Shown one piece after another: positions 7,899-12,118 of a stretch of DNA of 12,118 nucleotides (positions are counted from its first letter, which is position 1; each line of letters opens with the position of its first letter). Both the position numbers and the translations under genes were made by a program. The stretch is taken from positions 1-12,118 of the forward strand of contig JBBIJY010000043.1 of NCBI GenBank assembly GCA_037445735.1, given 5' to 3'. A model generated the notes under the pieces. The model had not been told where the DNA came from, searched no databases, and worked only from the letters and a program-made list of their open reading frames with translations. This DNA is from Armatimonadota bacterium. Lineage in GTDB: Bacteria; Armatimonadota; Fimbriimonadia; Fimbriimonadales; GBS-DC.

Positions 7899-8621
7899 TC
7901 AGCTCAGCCCGTACACGGGGATCGCCGCGCCGTGAATCGCCCGCGCCGCTGGCGAGCAGAGGAACAGAATCACATCGGCAATCGCGTCGGGCGGCACCCA
8001 GCGGCGGAAATCGGCGCTGGGCATCGCCGCGCGGTTCGCAGGTGTGTCGATGGTGCCCGGCAGCACGCAATTCACATTGATATTGCGCTCTTTCAGTTCA
8101 GCAGCCAGCGATTCGGTGAGGCGGATGACCGCGCTTTTGGCGGCGGCGTAGGCGGCGATGCCTGTCGAGCCGCTCAAGCCCGCGCGCCCCGCCACATGCA
8201 CAATCCTGCCCTCGCCCGCCGTTAGCATCACAGGCACAACCGCGCGCGAGATGAGAAACGCCACACGCGCGTTCATCGCCCACAGCGCATCCCAGTCGGC
8301 GACGGGCGTTTGATCGACGGTCGCGCCGCCCTTATAGCCCCCGACCGTGTTCACCAGAATATCGATTCGCCCGAACCGCTCGGCAGCCTGACGCACGGCA
8401 GCCTCCGCCTGCTCTGGCTCTGAAAGGTCGATCCCGCCGATTAGCAGGTGGTCGGGGTTCAGCGCGAGGTCGGCGAACAGCTGATGGAGCGCGTTTTCGT
8501 CTCTGCCTGTGAGCGCGAGCGTGGCGCCTGCGGTCAGGAAGTGGCGTGCCACCACGCGCCCCAGTGCGCCTGTCGCGCCCGTAATGAGCGCGACTTTGCC
8601 CGAAAAGTCGAAGCTCACCAT
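7899..8621 (-). CDS. Short-chain dehydrogenase/reductase (SDR) family oxidoreductase
   Basis: KVALITGATGALG, GRIDILVNTVGG, catalytic YAAAK, NVNCVLPGTIDTPANR and a typical C-terminal GAAIPVYG. Substrate unknown. Confidence 0.92.
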   Translation of the reverse strand: MVSFDFSGKVALITGATGALGRVVARHFLTAGATLALTGRDENALHQLFADLALNPDHLLIGGIDLSEPEQAEAAVRQAAERFGRIDILVNTVGGYKGGATVDQTPVADWDALWAMNARVAFLISRAVVPVMLTAGEGRIVHVAGRAGLSGSTGIAAYAAAKSAVIRLTESLAAELKERNINVNCVLPGTIDTPANRAAMPSADFRRWVPPDAIADVILFLCSPAARAIHGAAIPVYGLS

Positions 8622-8628
8622 CGCGCCG

Positions 8629-8634
8629 ATTCTA
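8629..8634 (-). promoter_or_regulatory. -10 element of a probable leaderless SDR transcript
   Basis: The minus strand reads GGG-TAGAAT-CGGCGCG-ATG, so the -10 hexamer is 7 nt before the start codon. There is no SD in the 21-nt intergenic gap. Confidence 0.55.
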
Positions 8635-8642
8635 CCCGACCC

Positions 8643-9401
8643 TTACCGGAAACGCCAGATGAGGTTCGCGCCGCGATCCTGAGCCAGGATGGACGCCGCC
8701 GGGTAGGCTTTCGCGTGCCCGTCGCCGAAGATGAGCGTCGCCAGCCCGCGATTGGTGCCCGTCGCGAAGTGGCGCGCATAGAGCGGCTTCAGGCGGGCGG
8801 GCGGCAGATGGTTCAGCTCGCGCACCAGGTCGCGATCCGCCACCAGCGGCGTGCCCAGCCGCGGGTCGCGCGGGTTCGGCTCGCCGTTGTACGGGTCAAA
8901 CACATAGCCGCGATACTTGTCGGCGGTCGGTCCGCTGGCGGTGTCGCCGAACAGCGGCGTGCGGGCTGGCTCCTCCATCTGCGGCAAAGTGGCGGGCGTG
9001 GCGAAGCCCTCTATCTGAAGCGGGTCGTAGGCGGTTATGGTCGTGTAGCCGATGGAGCCAATCCCGCGCGACGCCCAATCCGACGGGAAGCCCGAATTCG
9101 ACGCGCTCGGACACACAAAGATGTTCGTGTCCTTCACATAGGGCTGAACGATGCGCGTCCAGATGCGCTCCGGCACATTGGTGGGCACATCGTAGTTGGT
9201 GGACGGCGGGAAGGTTTCATCGTGATCCTGCAGATAGGTCTGCACAGCCATCGCTAACTGACGCGCGCTGGACAAACATGCGGTCTGACGCGCCTTCTCC
9301 CGCGCCTGGGCGAACACGGGAAACAAAATCGCCGCCAGAATGGCAATAATCGCTATCACCACCAGCAGCTCAATAAGGGTGAACCCCTTCCTTAATCGCA
9401 T
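8643..9401 (-). CDS. Prepilin-type N-terminal cleavage/methylation protein, DUF1559-like, 252 aa
   Basis: MRLRKG^[49 protein letters not shown]...FVCPS and C-terminal H...IFGDGHAK. The start is ATG 9401; the 35 extra upstream codons in the ORF track are intergenic. Confidence 0.92.
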   Translation of the reverse strand: MRLRKGFTLIELLVVIAIIAILAAILFPVFAQAREKARQTACLSSARQLAMAVQTYLQDHDETFPPSTNYDVPTNVPERIWTRIVQPYVKDTNIFVCPSASNSGFPSDWASRGIGSIGYTTITAYDPLQIEGFATPATLPQMEEPARTPLFGDTASGPTADKYRGYVFDPYNGEPNPRDPRLGTPLVADRDLVRELNHLPPARLKPLYARHFATGTNRGLATLIFGDGHAKAYPAASILAQDRGANLIWRFR

Positions 9402-9407
9402 GCCTCT

Positions 9408-9416
9408 ATTATAGCA
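9408..9416 (-). promoter_or_regulatory. Consensus extended -10 promoter, probably leaderless
   Basis: The minus strand reads TG-C-TATAAT-AGAGGC-ATG, a perfect TGnTATAAT 6 nt before the ATG. No recognisable -35. Confidence 0.7.
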
Positions 9417-9499
9417 CGGAATGCCTCCTGAAAGACCCGTGTGCGCACCGTCGCTGGAGCCAGTCTCAACCCCCTTGCAAGCGGATCCCACTAAAAACC

Positions 9500-10633
9500 T
9501 CAGCACCCGCTCCCAAAGTTGAACAGCACAACCAGCAGGTCAGCGTCGTCCACAATGCCGTCCCTGTTGAGGTCCTCATGCCGCGCGGCACCTGTGCCCG
9601 GCGTGCCAAACGCCAGCAGCACATTCAACAAATCCCCATCATCCACACACCCATCCCCATTCGTATCCCCCGCACGCCAGCTGTCCAGCAAAAACGCCTC
9701 CCCCCGACCACTGGCCCCGTTCCAGCCATACCCCACCAGATACCGCCCATCAAGCGAAACCGCGTTCACCACCCGCAACGCCGAACCCGCCCCCAGCAAC
9801 GACGCATAAGTCAGGTTCAAATCTTCCAGCCCTCGCTCTGGCGTCCAGCGCACCGCGCGCGGTGAACCCCGCGCATCGCCCGCAAAGCCCACCACCACCC
9901 GCCCATCTGCCGAAACCCCCTGTGCCTGGCTCCAGGCGCCGCCAGGCAGCGTGCCCAGGTCCTGCATCGCCCCGTTCACCCAGCGAAAGGCGCGCGGCAA
10001 GCCGCTGGCATCCAGCGCCCAGCCCACCACCACCTGTCCATCCGCTGAGACACCGTAAGCCGCGCTCTCGCTGCCCCCCAGCGTGCCCAAATCCTGGATT
10101 ACTCCATTCACCCAGCGCACCGCCCGCCGAAATCCGTCCCGATTGGTCGCCCGCCCCACCATCACTGAGCCATCCGCTGATACACCGTAAGCAAAGCTCC
10201 AGCCCCCTTGCGGCAGCGCACTTAGCCTTTGCATCCCTCCTTCGGGCGTCCAGCGAAAAGCGCAATGCTGACGGTCTGCATCGTTCGCCCAGCCAACCAC
10301 CACCCGCCCATCTGCCGACACCCCGAACGCCTCGCTCCCATACGGACCGCCCAGCGTGCCCAGATCCTGCATTCCGTGCTCCAGCGTCCAGCGAAAGGCA
10401 CGCTCTCCGCGACGATCGGGCGCCTCATAATACGACCACCCTACCACCACGCACCCATCCACCGAGACTCCGAACGCCTCGCTCTCCCCATACAAACTGT
10501 TCAGCGTGCCCAGATAGGTCAAACTCTGCGCAGGTAGCCAACCAGCCGCAGCCCACAGTAGCCCCATCAGCAGGCTCCCGCGCACCCAGCCCACGCTCCG
10601 AAGCATTACTCGCTTTGCAACACTCTGTCGCAT
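9500..10633 (-). CDS. Secreted HAF-family extracellular-repeat (beta-propeller) protein with C-terminal dockerin-like module
   Basis: Signal-peptide-like N-terminus, six repeats of about 44-50 aa ([20 protein letters not shown].....AFRW) and a twin Ca-loop module at 9500-9670 ending FGSGC. The ATG directly follows the upstream TAG. Confidence 0.88.
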   Translation of the reverse strand: MRQSVAKRVMLRSVGWVRGSLLMGLLWAAAGWLPAQSLTYLGTLNSLYGESEAFGVSVDGCVVVGWSYYEAPDRRGERAFRWTLEHGMQDLGTLGGPYGSEAFGVSADGRVVVGWANDADRQHCAFRWTPEGGMQRLSALPQGGWSFAYGVSADGSVMVGRATNRDGFRRAVRWVNGVIQDLGTLGGSESAAYGVSADGQVVVGWALDASGLPRAFRWVNGAMQDLGTLPGGAWSQAQGVSADGRVVVGFAGDARGSPRAVRWTPERGLEDLNLTYASLLGAGSALRVVNAVSLDGRYLVGYGWNGASGRGEAFLLDSWRAGDTNGDGCVDDGDLLNVLLAFGTPGTGAARHEDLNRDGIVDDADLLVVLFNFGSGC

Positions 10634-11539
10634 CTAACAGCCCTCCCCAAAGTGCAGCAGCACCTCCAGCAAATCCGTCTCGTCAACCGCTCCGTCGCGG
10701 TTCAAATCGCCCCGCAGGTTCATCCCGCTCGCCCCAAAGTTGAACAGCACTTCCAGCAAATCACCATCGTCCACACACCCGTTCCCATCCACATCTCCCA
10801 ACCGACCCGTGTCCAGCCAAAACAACTTGAACCTGTATCCTTGATCATATACCAGTCCTACCATATACCGTCCGTCTGCAGACAGTTCATACACCTCCAC
10901 TTCCTCCACCCATTCAGGCCAGAGTTCTGCAAACGCCTCCCGCAAATCCTGCCAGCCCACGCCCTCCCGCCACCAGAAAGAGCGGGCTGTATAGTCATAC
11001 TCATCCCACCGGTAAGTCCCCACGGCAACCCGACCATCCCAGCTTACCGACGCCGCCTCAGAGGAGTAATGCTGAAATGGCAGCAACAGCTCCAAACCCA
11101 CCTCCTCTACCCACCGAAACGCAGCCGGCCCACCCCCCACCACCACGCGTCCATCAAAGGAAACATCGCGCGGCGCACCACCAAAAGGATACTCCACCCC
11201 ACGCCCTTCCACCCATCGAAACGGATGCGGAATGTAATAGTTGTAATCCTCCCCCACAATCACGCGCCCATCATACGACACTCCCCTTGCAGATTGATTA
11301 GCTGTCCACCTCTCATTGAAGTTGCGCGTCAGACTTCCATCTGCCCGCCAATACCACCAGCCCTCTCCTACCCGCCATCGCGCTATGTTAGTATAAATCG
11401 TTTGTCCGTCTCCAGAAAGAAGCAAGCCACCCAGACTGCCGCCAGGCACCTCGATAAAGACCACGCGCTGCGCCTCCGCGCCCCCACTCAACCCCGCCAG
11501 CAGCCCTATGAGCCAGCTCAGTCGTCGCAGCGTCTGCAT
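10634..11539 (-). CDS. Secreted divergent HAF-like repeat protein with C-terminal dockerin-like module, 301 aa
   Basis: Signal peptide MQTLRRLSWLIGLLAGLSGGAEA^Q, about 5 degenerate repeats (VSYDGRVIVG, VSFDGRVVVG, VSWDGRVAVG, LSADGRYMVG) and a module at 10634-10798 ending FGEGC. SD GAGGAGG (11550-11556) supports ATG 11539 over TTG 11563. Confidence 0.85.
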   Translation of the reverse strand: MQTLRRLSWLIGLLAGLSGGAEAQRVVFIEVPGGSLGGLLLSGDGQTIYTNIARWRVGEGWWYWRADGSLTRNFNERWTANQSARGVSYDGRVIVGEDYNYYIPHPFRWVEGRGVEYPFGGAPRDVSFDGRVVVGGGPAAFRWVEEVGLELLLPFQHYSSEAASVSWDGRVAVGTYRWDEYDYTARSFWWREGVGWQDLREAFAELWPEWVEEVEVYELSADGRYMVGLVYDQGYRFKLFWLDTGRLGDVDGNGCVDDGDLLEVLFNFGASGMNLRGDLNRDGAVDETDLLEVLLHFGEGC

Positions 11540-11567
11540 CTTCCATCTACCTCCTCGCGCCAACTCA

Positions 11568-11606
11568 GGGGTTCAGAGGCAGTCAGCCTCTGAACCCCAA
11601 GTTTTT
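11568..11606. terminator. Strong intergenic hairpin (terminator-like or mRNA-stabilising)
   Basis: Perfect 13-bp stem GGGGTTCAGAGGC (11568-11580)/GCCTCTGAACCCC (11586-11598) with a 5-nt loop. The T-tract (11602-11606) follows it on the + strand only. Confidence 0.65.
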
Positions 11607-11611
11607 CTGGA

Positions 11612-12118
11612 TCACTCATCGCCCACTTCGCCTACATTCTGCGCCACTATCGCCGCATCCTGTTCATCCACCACACCATCCGCGTTCACATCCGCCTCAC
11701 TCAAACCCGTCGCACCCTGCATCTCTAACACCAGCACCAGGTCGGCATAATCCACCTGATTGTCCTTCACCACATCCCCATTCCGCAACGGAATGAGCAA
11801 AGTACCACCCGGCTGCCAGTTCACCCGCACCCGCTGTCCCAACCACGACCGATAGGGACGCACATACACCTCGTACCAGCCCGCCGGCAGGTCAGTCCAC
11901 ACCTCTAAAGCCACCTGTCCCAGGCTGTCAGGGCGCGCCATCGGCAGGGTGAAGGTCTGCAGGGGCGTGCCCGTCGCCGGATTGCGAAACTCCAGCGTGA
12001 GGGGTTCGTTCTCCATCGTCGCGGCTTGCTCCGCGCTCAGCTGGTCAACGCCCTCCAGATGCACCGCTACTGTGGAGGGCGGCACCCACGGGCACTGGTG
12101 CTTCAGGCGTACCCACGC
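11612..12118 (-). CDS. C-terminal part of a protein with a beta-sandwich-like segment and a variant dockerin-like module (5' end outside window)
   Basis: The frame is open to the window edge (AWVRLKHQCPWVPPS...). It contains LPAGWYEVYVRP..WL, then LRNGDVVKDNQVDYADL...ADVNADGVVDEQDAAIVAQNVG (11612-11779). Confidence 0.8.
   Translation of the reverse strand, partial: AWVRLKHQCPWVPPSTVAVHLEGVDQLSAEQAATMENEPLTLEFRNPATGTPLQTFTLPMARPDSLGQVALEVWTDLPAGWYEVYVRPYRSWLGQRVRVNWQPGGTLLIPLRNGDVVKDNQVDYADLVLVLEMQGATGLSEADVNADGVVDEQDAAIVAQNVGEVGDE

Noticed and set aside
9402-9506. 35-aa N-terminal extension of the DUF1559 protein
   Set aside because: It overlaps the upstream stop and the promoter. The short MRLRKG^F leader is the normal prepilin-type start.
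9947-10512. Recurring 11-mer CAGCGTGCCCA (9947, 10079, 10352, 10502) as a CRISPR-like array
   Set aside because: It is too short and irregularly spaced (132, 273, 150 nt, all multiples of 3), and it simply encodes LGTL of the HAF repeats. No cas genes.
9512-10750. 18-nt exact repeat CCCAAAGTTGAACAGCAC (9512-9529, 10733-10750) as att sites or a target duplication
   Set aside because: It encodes VLFNFG in two dockerin-like repeats, so protein-level conservation explains it. No integrase is nearby.
9500-11539. Diversity-generating retroelement acting on the paralogous propellers
   Set aside because: No reverse transcriptase, and no near-identical template/variable repeat pair differing only at adenines.
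5289-12118. True cellulosome locus
   Set aside because: No cohesin, CBM3 scaffoldin or recognisable cellulase catalytic domain in the window.

Overview
High-GC bacterial DNA, most likely Armatimonadota (Fimbriimonadia-like). That assignment is inferred from the 'DGCVDDxDLLxVLxxFG' dockerin-like tails and the DUF1559-type prepilin-like gene. The + strand carries a palindromic, G-rich repeat and a good sigma70-type promoter, followed by a tightly packed run: sufD, Rieske ferredoxin, sufS, sufU, nadD, rsfS, a TPR/membrane protein, and an 867-aa secreted Asp-box (BNR) beta-propeller with a C-terminal dockerin-like module. The - strand, converging on that run, carries a 5'-truncated dockerin-like protein, two secreted HAF-repeat-type propeller proteins with the same dockerin-like tail, a DUF1559/prepilin-like protein and an SDR oxidoreductase. 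The last two look leaderless. Main points of interest: (i) four exported-type proteins within about 7 kb end in twin Ca-loop dockerin-like modules, three with a conserved Cys pair ending 'FGxGC', which suggests a non-cellulosomal anchoring or sorting system; (ii) synonymous codon usage switches abruptly inside one dockerin, which suggests cargo swapping by recombination in the tag; (iii) a suf operon without adjacent sufBC, with a candidate operator and an upstream hairpin/G-quadruplex element. No rRNA, tRNA, CRISPR array or transposase was seen.
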